Part shown: positions 44,785 to 55,246 of the stretch, in pieces
Numbering within the stretch: the first letter of the stretch is position 1
Layout of the letters: each line of letters begins with the position of its first letter
IMG/VR virus record: IMGVR_UViG_3300018050_001510
Origin: an uncultured virus (IMG/VR IMGVR_UViG_3300018050_001510)
Lineage: Duplodnaviria; Heunggongvirae; Uroviricota; Caudoviricetes
Reading direction: 5' to 3' (one strand)
Length of the DNA stretch: 64,000 nucleotides
Made by a program: the position numbers and the translations under genes
The notes under the pieces: generated by a model
What the model was told of the DNA's origin: nothing
Database searches by the model: none
Seen by the model: only the letters and a program-made list of their open reading frames with translations

Positions 44785-47700
44785 TTATTTTTTGTTTGAA
44801 ATTCTAAACTCACTTGTTAATGAACTGATTGTTGCTTTAATGTTTTGCAAGTTACTAATACTTAATGAAACCTCCATACTTTTACCAACCATACGATCAG
44901 TTTGTGTTTTTGTACGGTAAGGCATCCAAGCAATTCCTTCACGATACTGTTTTCTAGTGTCACCAAAATATGTAATATAATAACCCTGATTTTCAGTATA
45001 CATTTCTACTTTACCCATTATTATATCAGTATTTTTATTGCAATTTAATCGCATTACATCGAAAACTTTTGAAACATCACCTGCTTCATTAATAACTGGA
45101 TTAACAAAAGCACGATAAAGTTCACCATTCCAAAAATTACCAACATCACCGTGATTCATATAAAACATATCGTTATTAGTTACATCATAAAATGAAGTAG
45201 CATATAAAGCATTTTTATGCCAAAAGAAAAACGATGGTCTTACCGGTTGAATAGAAGATACAAAATTTCCTTCTTCATTATAAGTTATACCCATAAAAAT
45301 AGAATGACCTTCTAAACGAATAACCGAAGCCATTTGCCAAGGTTCATCTATTTTATTTCTAAAAAAACGATAGTAACCAGTAGAAGTTAATGTTCCAATT
45401 AATGTAACTACACCTAATGAATTCATTGTATAAACTTCTAAATCTTCATCAGCAATAAATTTTATATAAAACTGAAACAAATCTAAATAACCATAAATAG
45501 TATTTCCCTCTGGTAAATACATTCCATTACCAGGAGTAATAGGAGTATCTACAGTAAGCATAATACATTGACCATTCCAAAGAACATGATGCCTATAAAG
45601 ACTATTTGAATCAGAAAGATTATTTGTAAGAGTAAATTCTTGATTTTCTATAAAAGTAAGGTCAGCAGAAAATGACCATCCAACTTCACCATTATCATAA
45701 TCAATATATCCTAATATTCCGTTGCCTTCATATGGACTATCAATACCTTGAAATTGAGGTAAAATATATTGAGAAAAATCATTTAACTTTTTTTCTTTAC
45801 TAATATCTAAAATCCCATCCTGAGCAAATCTAAAAAATGATTTAAGATTTACATCAATCCAATAAAAAGCTTTTGAACTAGAAATAATACTCCATTGATG
45901 CTGACAACCATAATCAGTAGTAATATAATCAATACCATCTAATCTATCTCCAACACCTGTACTTAATGTTCCAGCTACTGCACCTTCAATCATTGCTCTA
46001 TCAGAAGCACGAAGTCTTCCAACAGCACTTTCTTGAAGTGAATAAATTTGATTAAACAAAGAAGCGGAACCCATAATATGTCCATACACACCTTCAACAT
46101 CTCTAAAATCATTTACTTGAAATCTTCTAAAAACATCAGTTGTATCTCCATAAATTTTTGGTAATGTATATCTCCATCGTGCAGGATATTTATCTGATAA
46201 AACATAAGATGGATCTAAAGCCCCTAAAAGCCAAACAACATCTTTATAAAGTAATACAGAATTTAAGTTAAACTCTTCAATGAGTTCTGAATTACCTGAA
46301 TAATGAAATAAGCCATCAGGCCAATTAGGAACACTTGATCCATTCCATTCACGTTTAGGTCTTGCTCCAGCATGTGTATAAATTGGATCACCAGATGTTG
46401 CAGCCTGTCGCAATGAATGAATAAATTCAGATTCTAAAGGAAAAACAACACCATACGAAACATCATTATTATCAATTTCATCTTCTTTTGAATACTCAGG
46501 ATAAATTCGCATAAATCCAATATAATCTAAATAGCAATCACCACCCCAAAACTCACAATTATCATAAACATATCCAGCCGGATCGGAAAAAGATGGATTA
46601 TTAACAGGAATAAAATGACCTACATTATAAAAAATAGAATTTACTAATGCTGTAATATTTTGTCCACCATAAGGATTTGAATTATCTCTAACATAGTTTA
46701 CAATTTGATAAGCACATGTAGAAGTATTTCCAGCACCATCATCAGCAAAATTAAACATATGTCCATTTGGACTTGCTCCCCAATTTCCTGTTTGAATAAA
46801 CAATGTATTCCATTTACCGGCACCATAAAGATTATCTGTTCCAGCTGCATATTTATAATGATCAAAAATCTCAATACTATTTTTAATATTTAATCCTGGA
46901 GAATAATTAGAAACTTCTCCATTTATTCCTACAACAAAAATATTTGACATGTCTGTTTGGTCACCATAAGCTGGATATCCATTTGCATAATCAGCAACAT
47001 CAAGATATGTATTTTTTGTACGATAAAGTTTTTGTAAAGATTGTTGACCAACTCCAGGATCTGTATCAGTAAAATAAACAGAATAATCTGGACTATCACC
47101 TTGCCAAGCACTGCCAACAATTCTTAATCTATCTGATGTTTGAAGTTTAGGAATACGACTTGAATCAAAATCACAGTCTGGAGCGTACAGATTAAATAAA
47201 TTAGGTCGAGAATAAAATCTATCACCATGCGCACCAGCTCTTCCAATAAAACAGTTTACATCATAAAAATCAGAACCTGATATTTGCCAACGTTGATGAT
47301 AAGAAGCAAATGGACGTGAATCAGAACCATCACGATGAGTAGGATAAACTAATCCTTGAACTAAAATAGTTTTATCTCTTTCACAAACAGCAAACATAAA
47401 TCCACTTATTTTTGATTGATAAGCAGAAAGGTCAATTCCTGATACTTTTAATCCTAATAAACGAATAAATGATGCTTCATTATCTAATTCATCATCGCCA
47501 TCTAATACTGTATCTTCACCAGTATAATCAACATCACCATAACTATTTGTTGGCCACGCTCTATTAGAAGCGGTTCCCGAAAAAGAAACTGTACTATTAT
47601 CTTCACGTATTCTAATCCAAGAATAATCATCTTGATATTGTTCTGGAAAAGAAAAATCACAAAGATGATAAGCAGAAGTAGGGAATCCTTTTAAATCAAA

Positions 47701-49053
47701 TGCAATAATACATAATCGATATGTTTCTCCACGAAAATTTCCACCATAAAGGTTTACTACTTGTGTACCTTTATAATTTACATAATCATCATTTATGATA
47801 TACGTTTCCGTTTGTCCATCATAAAGATTTTTAGTAGTTGTTCCTGTTCTTGTTGATTGATTTGTTACTGGTGGAGAAGTAATACTTCCTTCCTGTGTAT
47901 GTAAAGGATAATCTGTAGGAACTCTGTCATCTGAACGCATTTGTTTAAAATAAGGTTCAATAACAAGATTTTGAAAAATTAATTCAGGATCAAGAAATAA
48001 ATTTGTTTCAGCAACATTTCCAGCATATAATACTTGGTCTTTAATTTCTATTGTTTTTGCTTTTAAAGTAATAAATAATTCTTTAAACTCTTGATAAATA
48101 AAAGGAGTTCCAACATTACCTGAATGGTCAAATTCCATATTATCACTAGTAATTTGTGTTTTTAAAAAAACCTTTGCTTCAGTAGGAGTAGAGTTTGTTT
48201 CTGAAAACAAATAAGCAACTTCTATATAATCATATCTTTGATCTATTCCTTTTACTTGAATTCTATTACCTTTATTTGTAGCTAAACCAGAACCTTCCAT
48301 TTCATAAAGATTCCAATCAGTATTATTTTGTTGGTCAGAAGTAATAAAAATAAATTTTGTTAGAGGAACAAATGGAGTTACATATCCTACATTTAAACCA
48401 AGTCTATAAGAATACTGATAAACACCAGAAAGTAAACCGCCATTTATTTTTTGAACATACTTAACTAATCCCATTCGAAAATTAGCATTTACGTTCATAC
48501 TATGTACAGAAGCACTTTCTAAAGTATAAGCATTTACATCTGTTCTTGGACCAATAGATGAATCATAAGAAAGTGTAATTGATCGCAATTCATTACTATC
48601 AGTAGCAACACCATCACACCAATAACAACGAATAGCATTTTCTGTTTCCCAAACTATTTTTGCTTTAATACCATTAGTAGTATCAAATTCTAATAATTCA
48701 TTATTTACATCATTTACATCATTAAATAATGTACGATAAATACCATAACCAAATTTATCCAATGAAACCATTCCTATTTCTGAATTGGTACCTACATTTG
48801 ATTTTAAAAATAAAATAACAAAATTGGCTTCAGCAACCCAACCAATAGGAAGATAACGGTCAGTATCATTTCCATTATCAGGATTAATAGTAAAACCTAC
48901 AACATTACCATATTGATTTTCCCAAGAATAAGTTTTATCAACATTTGTAATTATACGTCCGTTATAAGAAATACGTGCAGAATCTTTAGCTTGGAACATT
49001 TTATCCAAGTCCATCTGCATACCGCCAGTAAATAAGTTTTTTGTTTCAGCCAT
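44785..49053 (-). CDS. tail stabilisation/muzzle protein (crAss-type)
   Basis: NLFTGGMQMDLD start, GVYQYSYRL, FWGGDCYL, DYITTDYGCQHQWS. Confidence 0.85.
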   Translation of the reverse strand: MAETKNLFTGGMQMDLDKMFQAKDSARISYNGRIITNVDKTYSWENQYGNVVGFTINPDNGNDTDRYLPIGWVAEANFVILFLKSNVGTNSEIGMVSLDKFGYGIYRTLFNDVNDVNNELLEFDTTNGIKAKIVWETENAIRCYWCDGVATDSNELRSITLSYDSSIGPRTDVNAYTLESASVHSMNVNANFRMGLVKYVQKINGGLLSGVYQYSYRLGLNVGYVTPFVPLTKFIFITSDQQNNTDWNLYEMEGSGLATNKGNRIQVKGIDQRYDYIEVAYLFSETNSTPTEAKVFLKTQITSDNMEFDHSGNVGTPFIYQEFKELFITLKAKTIEIKDQVLYAGNVAETNLFLDPELIFQNLVIEPYFKQMRSDDRVPTDYPLHTQEGSITSPPVTNQSTRTGTTTKNLYDGQTETYIINDDYVNYKGTQVVNLYGGNFRGETYRLCIIAFDLKGFPTSAYHLCDFSFPEQYQDDYSWIRIREDNSTVSFSGTASNRAWPTNSYGDVDYTGEDTVLDGDDELDNEASFIRLLGLKVSGIDLSAYQSKISGFMFAVCERDKTILVQGLVYPTHRDGSDSRPFASYHQRWQISGSDFYDVNCFIGRAGAHGDRFYSRPNLFNLYAPDCDFDSSRIPKLQTSDRLRIVGSAWQGDSPDYSVYFTDTDPGVGQQSLQKLYRTKNTYLDVADYANGYPAYGDQTDMSNIFVVGINGEVSNYSPGLNIKNSIEIFDHYKYAAGTDNLYGAGKWNTLFIQTGNWGASPNGHMFNFADDGAGNTSTCAYQIVNYVRDNSNPYGGQNITALVNSIFYNVGHFIPVNNPSFSDPAGYVYDNCEFWGGDCYLDYIGFMRIYPEYSKEDEIDNNDVSYGVVFPLESEFIHSLRQAATSGDPIYTHAGARPKREWNGSSVPNWPDGLFHYSGNSELIEEFNLNSVLLYKDVVWLLGALDPSYVLSDKYPARWRYTLPKIYGDTTDVFRRFQVNDFRDVEGVYGHIMGSASLFNQIYSLQESAVGRLRASDRAMIEGAVAGTLSTGVGDRLDGIDYITTDYGCQHQWSIISSSKAFYWIDVNLKSFFRFAQDGILDISKEKKLNDFSQYILPQFQGIDSPYEGNGILGYIDYDNGEVGWSFSADLTFIENQEFTLTNNLSDSNSLYRHHVLWNGQCIMLTVDTPITPGNGMYLPEGNTIYGYLDLFQFYIKFIADEDLEVYTMNSLGVVTLIGTLTSTGYYRFFRNKIDEPWQMASVIRLEGHSIFMGITYNEEGNFVSSIQPVRPSFFFWHKNALYATSFYDVTNNDMFYMNHGDVGNFWNGELYRAFVNPVINEAGDVSKVFDVMRLNCNKNTDIIMGKVEMYTENQGYYITYFGDTRKQYREGIAWMPYRTKTQTDRMVGKSMEVSLSISNLQNIKATISSLTSEFRISNKK

Positions 49054-50225
49054 TAGAAATTATTTTTATTTGGTAATGGAAGTAATTGCATGTGTTGGTT
49101 AGCAAGATATTTATATTCATTAGCATCTGGCATTTCATCATTACCACGAGCTTGTCCACATTCCCAAGTCCAATCACGGTCAAGTTGAACAATGACATAC
49201 TGTGGAGTTTTTCCTGAAATAAAATCTCTATACTTATACATATAAATTAAATATGTTGAAACAGCTTTAATATGATTATTCTTAACCATTGGCCATCCAT
49301 CTTCATCTAAATAAATTCCCATATAAGAAATACCTACTTTACCATTCTCAATAGTATTAAAAAAAATTTTATTATTTATTATTGAATAAACAGCATTACT
49401 ACCACCAAAAACATTTAGTTTACCTGTAGCTTGATTATTTAAATTAACGGCAGAACGATTAGCAAGATTATTTGAACCTTTAGCTGGAACAATAGATGGT
49501 GTATCATCACACGTATCACAATCATCACCTTCTCTTGGAGCAACTCTTCTTTGAATAACTAAATTAGAAATCGTTCCAGTAATAGAAGTTGTTGAACTAA
49601 GTAAATTAAAATTAACTGTAGCATCACGACCTGTAATTATTAATCGTGAAACCATTGTATCAGCAATAGCTGAATATGGAAGTAATATTGCATTTACTTG
49701 TGCTGCAAAGTCTGTTAAAATATCAGGAGTTGTTTCACCACCAACAACTAAATGCTGAAAGCTATTTGTAACTAAATTACCACAATCATTATTTGTAATA
49801 GTTAGAATAATTAAATCTCCAACTAAAAACACTCCTGAAAAAACGTAGGCAATAGAGCCAGCCTGTCCAGGATTACATACAATCTTATTACCGGAAAGAT
49901 ATCTTTCAGGAGTGGTAACAACTGGAGAACTTTTAGCTTTATTAAACATTCTAAAATCACGTTTGGTTACATCCAAATATGTTTCGCCAATCTTTAATGC
50001 ATTTAAATAAATAAAATTATCTGGAACACAAGCTTGATAATCTTCAACCTCTAGTTCACACTCAAATCTTTTATATGTATCACTAGATCCAATTTTTGTT
50101 TCAGCTTCATAAGCCCAACGAGCAAAATCTTCCAATACCTCATTTGGATTTTCTAATTGAAGTAAAGTCATTGCAGCATCGATAGCCGAATAAATACTTA
50201 CATGTTGTTGTGAATTTAAACTCAT
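49053..50225 (-). CDS. tail ring/tubular protein with inserted domain
   Basis: YSIINNKIFFNTIENGKVGISYMGIYLDEDGWPMV...WxWxCGQAR. Confidence 0.75.
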   Translation of the reverse strand: MSLNSQQHVSIYSAIDAAMTLLQLENPNEVLEDFARWAYEAETKIGSSDTYKRFECELEVEDYQACVPDNFIYLNALKIGETYLDVTKRDFRMFNKAKSSPVVTTPERYLSGNKIVCNPGQAGSIAYVFSGVFLVGDLIILTITNNDCGNLVTNSFQHLVVGGETTPDILTDFAAQVNAILLPYSAIADTMVSRLIITGRDATVNFNLLSSTTSITGTISNLVIQRRVAPREGDDCDTCDDTPSIVPAKGSNNLANRSAVNLNNQATGKLNVFGGSNAVYSIINNKIFFNTIENGKVGISYMGIYLDEDGWPMVKNNHIKAVSTYLIYMYKYRDFISGKTPQYVIVQLDRDWTWECGQARGNDEMPDANEYKYLANQHMQLLPLPNKNNF

Positions 50226-50228
50226 AAA

Positions 50229-50660
50229 TTATTTTTGTTGAGGTGCGTATTGTTGATTTCCATCCATTGTAATATCTAAATATTCTTTACCTAATTCAAC
50301 TTGCTTCATAATTAATTTTTTAATTCTTGGAGCAGTTTTAAATTTAAAGTTTCGAAACTTTTTAGAGCATGAAAGGAATAAAAAAGTAAATCTATAATCG
50401 TATTTACTCATATCAATACCAATAGGTAAATAATGAGTACACAATGTTTTTACGGGTAAGCAAAAGTTTTTTGCAAATAACCGAACTGGTTCATTATTTT
50501 CAATAGAATATTTCATTCCATTTAAATAATAATAATGAATAATCTTTGAAAATTCATCTTGACTTAAAACATAACCATCTTGTGTCGTAAGCATTTTATT
50601 TGCTCGACAATAATCATAGATGTCTTTCATCTTAAATTGTCTAGGTATCTTCCCGGCCAT
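50229..50660 (-). CDS. IHF-like protein of the crAss tail gene block
   Basis: synteny and basic composition. Confidence 0.45.
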   Translation of the reverse strand: MAGKIPRQFKMKDIYDYCRANKMLTTQDGYVLSQDEFSKIIHYYYLNGMKYSIENNEPVRLFAKNFCLPVKTLCTHYLPIGIDMSKYDYRFTFLFLSCSKKFRNFKFKTAPRIKKLIMKQVELGKEYLDITMDGNQQYAPQQK

Positions 50661-51330
50661 CGTTTATTTCGTCAGTTTTTGAAGATTGAATAATAGTTAA
50701 TTCTCTTGGGAAAATTTTATCTACAATTTTTTGATAAACATCAAGTGACAATGGATAAGCGTCAGTCATTGGATTAAAACATGTAGGGGTACATCCTTCA
50801 GTTGAATAATTATAAGCATCTTTTGGTTGCTCTGCAATTAAACGAACATTAATATATTTTGTTTTTTTAAATTCATTTTTAAACATTACATACAATGTAT
50901 TACCAATAAGAAATGAACGATTAACGTTTTTACCAAAATGTGTTTTTTCACGAAAAAAAACATGATTAGCCTTACTTACAATAATTGGATTTTGTTTATT
51001 TATAAAACCAACCCAAAGAGCAGGACTATTACCACTACCCATAACAGGAACAGGAATTTTTACTTTTTTAATATTGCATCCCCATTTTAATAATTCGCTA
51101 CAATTTTGATCAGTCATATCCACTTCAGTAAGTGGAACAACTCCTAAGTCTTGTTGAAAGATTGCATCAATTGATAAATTCTTCAACATCATTTCTTTTA
51201 GAATAGAAGCACGATAATACCGAATCCAAAATTCAATCTGTCGAGGATTTAATTTGTTATCATCCGAATTACCTTGCCCTGCCTTTGGACTATTACGGAT
51301 ATTATAAATAAAACTATTAAGACTTTCCAT
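50641..51330 (-). CDS. tail ring protein
   Basis: SDDNKLNxRQIxFWIxYYRA...QDLGxVPLxxVD...YP. Confidence 0.75.
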   Translation of the reverse strand: MESLNSFIYNIRNSPKAGQGNSDDNKLNPRQIEFWIRYYRASILKEMMLKNLSIDAIFQQDLGVVPLTEVDMTDQNCSELLKWGCNIKKVKIPVPVMGSGNSPALWVGFINKQNPIIVSKANHVFFREKTHFGKNVNRSFLIGNTLYVMFKNEFKKTKYINVRLIAEQPKDAYNYSTEGCTPTCFNPMTDAYPLSLDVYQKIVDKIFPRELTIIQSSKTDEINDGREDT

Positions 51331-51352
51331 AAATTAAAAATTAGCAAGTAAG

Positions 51353-51360
51353 CAAATATA
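51353..51360 (-). promoter_or_regulatory. Bacteroidota -7 promoter element TATATTTG
   Basis: immediately downstream of a terminator and upstream of gene 50641-51330. Confidence 0.5.
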
Positions 51361-51390
51361 AAAATAAAGGTCGGGATTTCTCCCGACCAG
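51361..51390 (-). terminator. intrinsic terminator after the capsid gene block
   Basis: GGTCGGGA-GAAA-TCCCGACC then TTTATTTT on the - strand. Confidence 0.85.
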
Positions 51391-51417
51391 TTACATATTT
51401 TAAATAAAAAGTTTTAA

Positions 51418-52107
51418 TTAAAGTCCGTTAATTAATGTAGCTAAGTCATTACCTTCTCCAGCATCACCATACCAAACAAGTTCCATACTTTTACCATCAA
51501 CCGTTCCATCGGTAAAATTTTGGTCAGCACTTGGGTTGTATTGAATTACTACAACATCGAATGTTGAGTTAGTAATTAAGTCAGCACTAATACCATCTAC
51601 AATTGCTTGAGCTGGAGTTCCTGAAGAAACTGTTCCAGCAACATCTACTGCATAAGCAATAGTTCCTGCAGTAGAATCAGCATATACATAACCAACCATA
51701 CTGTTTTTTAAAGTTTGGTTAGCAGTAATAATAAGAACACCAGAAGAATTTGAAGCAGTATAAGGTGCTAATGTATCAGCATTAATTAATGCTTCAACAG
51801 CATTAGCAATTGAAGTTACATTATCGCCAGCAACAACAGTATACTGATATTGTTTTCTCCAAATTTGACGGCTTTCACTATTATCAACAATAGTTACTTT
51901 TACAACATCGCCAGCAGCGTATGTTCCCGCAAAAGTTACTTCAATTACACGGGCAGTACCCGCCGCATAAACATGTGAAACAGCACCCAAAAGAGAATCT
52001 GAAGAAACTACAAATGAAGGTGATAAATCAACTTTTCCACTAGCTAAAGCTGGTGTGTGCCCTTGGGCAAGAATCGCTCTGCGATTTGGTCCAATATTAA
52101 CTCCCAT
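51418..52107 (-). CDS. auxiliary capsid/decoration protein
   Basis: position in the capsid block; QYTVVAGDNVTSIANAVEALINAD domain. Confidence 0.6.
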   Translation of the reverse strand: MGVNIGPNRRAILAQGHTPALASGKVDLSPSFVVSSDSLLGAVSHVYAAGTARVIEVTFAGTYAAGDVVKVTIVDNSESRQIWRKQYQYTVVAGDNVTSIANAVEALINADTLAPYTASNSSGVLIITANQTLKNSMVGYVYADSTAGTIAYAVDVAGTVSSGTPAQAIVDGISADLITNSTFDVVVIQYNPSADQNFTDGTVDGKSMELVWYGDAGEGNDLATLINGL

Positions 52108-52137
52108 AAGAATTTTTTATTTTTTTGATTTTGAAAA

Positions 52138-52779
52138 TTATGTGTTAGCAGTTTTAATTTCGTTCATTTGAACTTGATAATTTGGATCCTTGACAGTACC
52201 TAACATTTTACGAACAGCGATATTTACAATCTCATTATGAGTAGCTAAAGGTAAATCACAATTTACATTATTAGTTGGATTTGTTTCATCATTTAAAACC
52301 GTTACCGGTAATTTAAGATAAACTAAATCAGCACTAACAAAATTTGTTATTCCTTTTATATCTATAATATCAACTGTTCCATTATTATTTGTTAAATAAA
52401 TAGGATTTTCATTATCCGGAACATTAAATGGATCCCGTTGGCTTTCGTTATAATCATCCCATTTCATGGGTTTTACAGGCGCCGACCTTTGGTTATCGCA
52501 TATATCAGTATAACTTGCAGACAAAGCAAGAATGTACATAAAACTAGGAACATTGATATTATTCAATGTAATTATAGGAACAGTAAAAGACTTTTTACGA
52601 ACCAATGAAACAAGGTCTTCACGTCTTTTTTCATTAAGTTCAAATTGAGCATACCTTTCTTTAGTGAATTCGACAATAGCCTCATTCAAATAAAAATCTT
52701 TTTGAGTTGAATTAAACCAAGGATTACCTGGCTTATCCATTAACTCATCACAGGCGGTATGCATTTGAATTATAGTCAT
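52138..52779 (-). CDS. tail tubular/adaptor ring protein
   Basis: DFYLNEA...FELNEKRREDL...YLKLP...CDLP..HNEIVNIAV. Confidence 0.78.
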   Translation of the reverse strand: MTIIQMHTACDELMDKPGNPWFNSTQKDFYLNEAIVEFTKERYAQFELNEKRREDLVSLVRKKSFTVPIITLNNINVPSFMYILALSASYTDICDNQRSAPVKPMKWDDYNESQRDPFNVPDNENPIYLTNNNGTVDIIDIKGITNFVSADLVYLKLPVTVLNDETNPTNNVNCDLPLATHNEIVNIAVRKMLGTVKDPNYQVQMNEIKTANT

Positions 52780-53768
52780 TACTCTTCAGTTTTAGCAAGT
52801 TCTTTTTTATTAGCCTCTAGTTTTAACTTCATATCCTTAACCTTTTTATGGAATGCCGGAACTGATTTAATTTTCAATGAATGACCATACATTTCGATTG
52901 CTACTTCAAGGTTTCCCTCGGTAACAGCCTCTTCTGCAAGTTTAACATATTCTAATCTTTCAGTCTCTTCATCAGGATTTACAACTAATGAAGATACAGG
53001 TTGCGGAGCTACCGCTACTGGTACTGGCACGATTCCTTGAGTATTTTTAATACCGAGTTGCGTATTAATTGATGGTATTAAATCTGAATTTATTTTAAGC
53101 CAATTAATAGCTTGTTCTTGGTTAATACCAATTCGTTCATTATTAAAAAACCATAATCCTTGCGCTTCACGAATAATCTTACTTTCCTTTGCCATAAAGA
53201 AAACTTCTTTATAAACTTTATCAGGAGATTCATACTCTTCCAATACTTTAGCTGGATTCTTACGAACAGCATCATATACCAATTTCTTGATAATGGCTTC
53301 GCTAGAAGCAACGTTTACTGGAATAGCAAGTAATCGAGCAAACATAAAAAGCTTTTGACCTTTTAGTTCACTAATAATCCCTCTAACTTTTCCTTCTAAG
53401 TCCATTTTCTCAACATCTTCAATTGCTTGAGCATGAATATTTACAGGAAGAAAAACAGGAGTGTTAGATTTACAATAAACTATATGATCTTTTACATGAA
53501 GATATTCTAAGCAGTCATTGATTTTTGAAAAACTCAATATCTTTTTCTTATTATATCTTGTTGTTTTTGGATTACCATGTTCATCATAAAATTGACGATA
53601 AATACCATCATGATCGGTATAATCTCTAACTACAATTGTTCCCACACGCTTCGGATTGACCAGGCGGATTTCCGCCTGACCAGTTTCCGGAAGCATTATT
53701 AATTCCTGATAAACTTTAGTCGGCAATAAATCTTTTAATGCCTGACTAATTACTCTTTCTTTCTCCAT
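52779..53768 (-). CDS. conserved capsid-block protein downstream of the MCP gene
   Basis: synteny with crAss-like capsid block. Confidence 0.6.
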   Translation of the reverse strand: MEKERVISQALKDLLPTKVYQELIMLPETGQAEIRLVNPKRVGTIVVRDYTDHDGIYRQFYDEHGNPKTTRYNKKKILSFSKINDCLEYLHVKDHIVYCKSNTPVFLPVNIHAQAIEDVEKMDLEGKVRGIISELKGQKLFMFARLLAIPVNVASSEAIIKKLVYDAVRKNPAKVLEEYESPDKVYKEVFFMAKESKIIREAQGLWFFNNERIGINQEQAINWLKINSDLIPSINTQLGIKNTQGIVPVPVAVAPQPVSSLVVNPDEETERLEYVKLAEEAVTEGNLEVAIEMYGHSLKIKSVPAFHKKVKDMKLKLEANKKELAKTEE

Positions 53769-53808
53769 AACTTTTCTTTTTCTTTTTTAGTTTATATTCA
53801 ATTTACTT

Positions 53809-55188
53809 TTAAGCCATTACAAGCATACCGCAAGACAATGGGTTTCTGATGATGTAACCACCTTCAGTCAAATACTCACATTTAAATGAGTCACTTGAAT
53901 TGGCAGACATCATTGTTTTTTGGTCAAATGGATTTACCATACCTGCAATATACTTACAGATATATCCTCTTGACATTCCTTCAGCACCTTTAACAAGACG
54001 CTCGATGTTTGATTCACCACCAACCATATCAAAGTTCATAAATACCATACGGAAAGATTCCTTTGGTAAACCTGAATTTGCATCAATATTGTTTCCGTGT
54101 ATGTTTGGATCATCAAAGATTGGAGCATCAACCAATGTCATACTAACACCAAAAGCATTGTATGAAGTAAAGTTTACACCAATATTCATTTCCTTACCAA
54201 CAGCAGCATTGTAAATCATATTTCCGTTAGTCATAACAAATGCTTTCATAGCATTAGCAAAAGCTACACGTCCACCAGAACCAGTGTATACTAACCAATG
54301 TTGACCTTTTTTACCAGTATTTAAAAACAATTGCATCAAGAAATCTTGAATACGTTGTTCAGTTAATATACCATTATATGTATCAATATTTGCAGAGTCA
54401 ATCTGACGAAGTAAACCATCACCTTTAATGATTGGACGACCATTAGTATCGAACATTGTTGGATTACCATTAGAATCCATTGTAGAAATTGAATACCAAG
54501 CATCTAATTCTTTTTCGTAACGGAAATCATCTTCAGCAATCATTTGATCAGTGAAATACCATAAACGGCTTCCAGCATTTTCAATCCAAGTTACATCAGT
54601 CAATGCAGAACCAGAAATACTTCTAGCCTTACGATTGATACCAATGTAATTTGTATACCAGTCTGGATAAACGTGGTTTTCGTATCCTTTTTCAGAAGAC
54701 TCAGTAAATGCAGTACCAATTTTACCAACAGTAACACCAGCTAAAAGAGCTGCAGCTGCAACAGCTGAAGTTCCAATAATTGATGAATCTTGAAGTTTGT
54801 AAGTATAGGTATATCCTCCCGCAGAAGCTACAGGTAATCCGATAATAACACCTTGGTTACCATCAGCAAATCTGATTACGTCATTTGGATTGAAATAATT
54901 CTCTTCAAATTCAACAGTTGCTGAAGCATGTGCTGAACCATCACCAGAAGAAGTTCCAGTACAAGTCGATGGACGATTTGTACGACCTAATATTGGCCAT
55001 GAGAATTTTACATCACCGATTAATTTTTCTTTTGCAAAACGACCTGTTCCTTCGGTAAAATAGGCAACAGAGTATTGTGGAAATTGACGAGTTAATTTAC
55101 GCTCGATCTCAGGAAATTTCAAGAGATTCGTCACTAGAGCATTACTTTCCATGGTTTCATTACCATAAGAACCTTTGTATGTACGCAT
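53809..55188 (-). CDS. major capsid protein
   Basis: 459 aa after portal and scaffold; GDGLLRQI, VYTGSGG, PIFDD, SANSSD. Confidence 0.88.
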   Translation of the reverse strand: MRTYKGSYGNETMESNALVTNLLKFPEIERKLTRQFPQYSVAYFTEGTGRFAKEKLIGDVKFSWPILGRTNRPSTCTGTSSGDGSAHASATVEFEENYFNPNDVIRFADGNQGVIIGLPVASAGGYTYTYKLQDSSIIGTSAVAAAALLAGVTVGKIGTAFTESSEKGYENHVYPDWYTNYIGINRKARSISGSALTDVTWIENAGSRLWYFTDQMIAEDDFRYEKELDAWYSISTMDSNGNPTMFDTNGRPIIKGDGLLRQIDSANIDTYNGILTEQRIQDFLMQLFLNTGKKGQHWLVYTGSGGRVAFANAMKAFVMTNGNMIYNAAVGKEMNIGVNFTSYNAFGVSMTLVDAPIFDDPNIHGNNIDANSGLPKESFRMVFMNFDMVGGESNIERLVKGAEGMSRGYICKYIAGMVNPFDQKTMMSANSSDSFKCEYLTEGGYIIRNPLSCGMLVMA

Positions 55189-55246
55189 TTTAATTTGGTT
55201 TTTGATTAAACATTTTAATTTAATCGGCTACCTAAAATACAATCTT

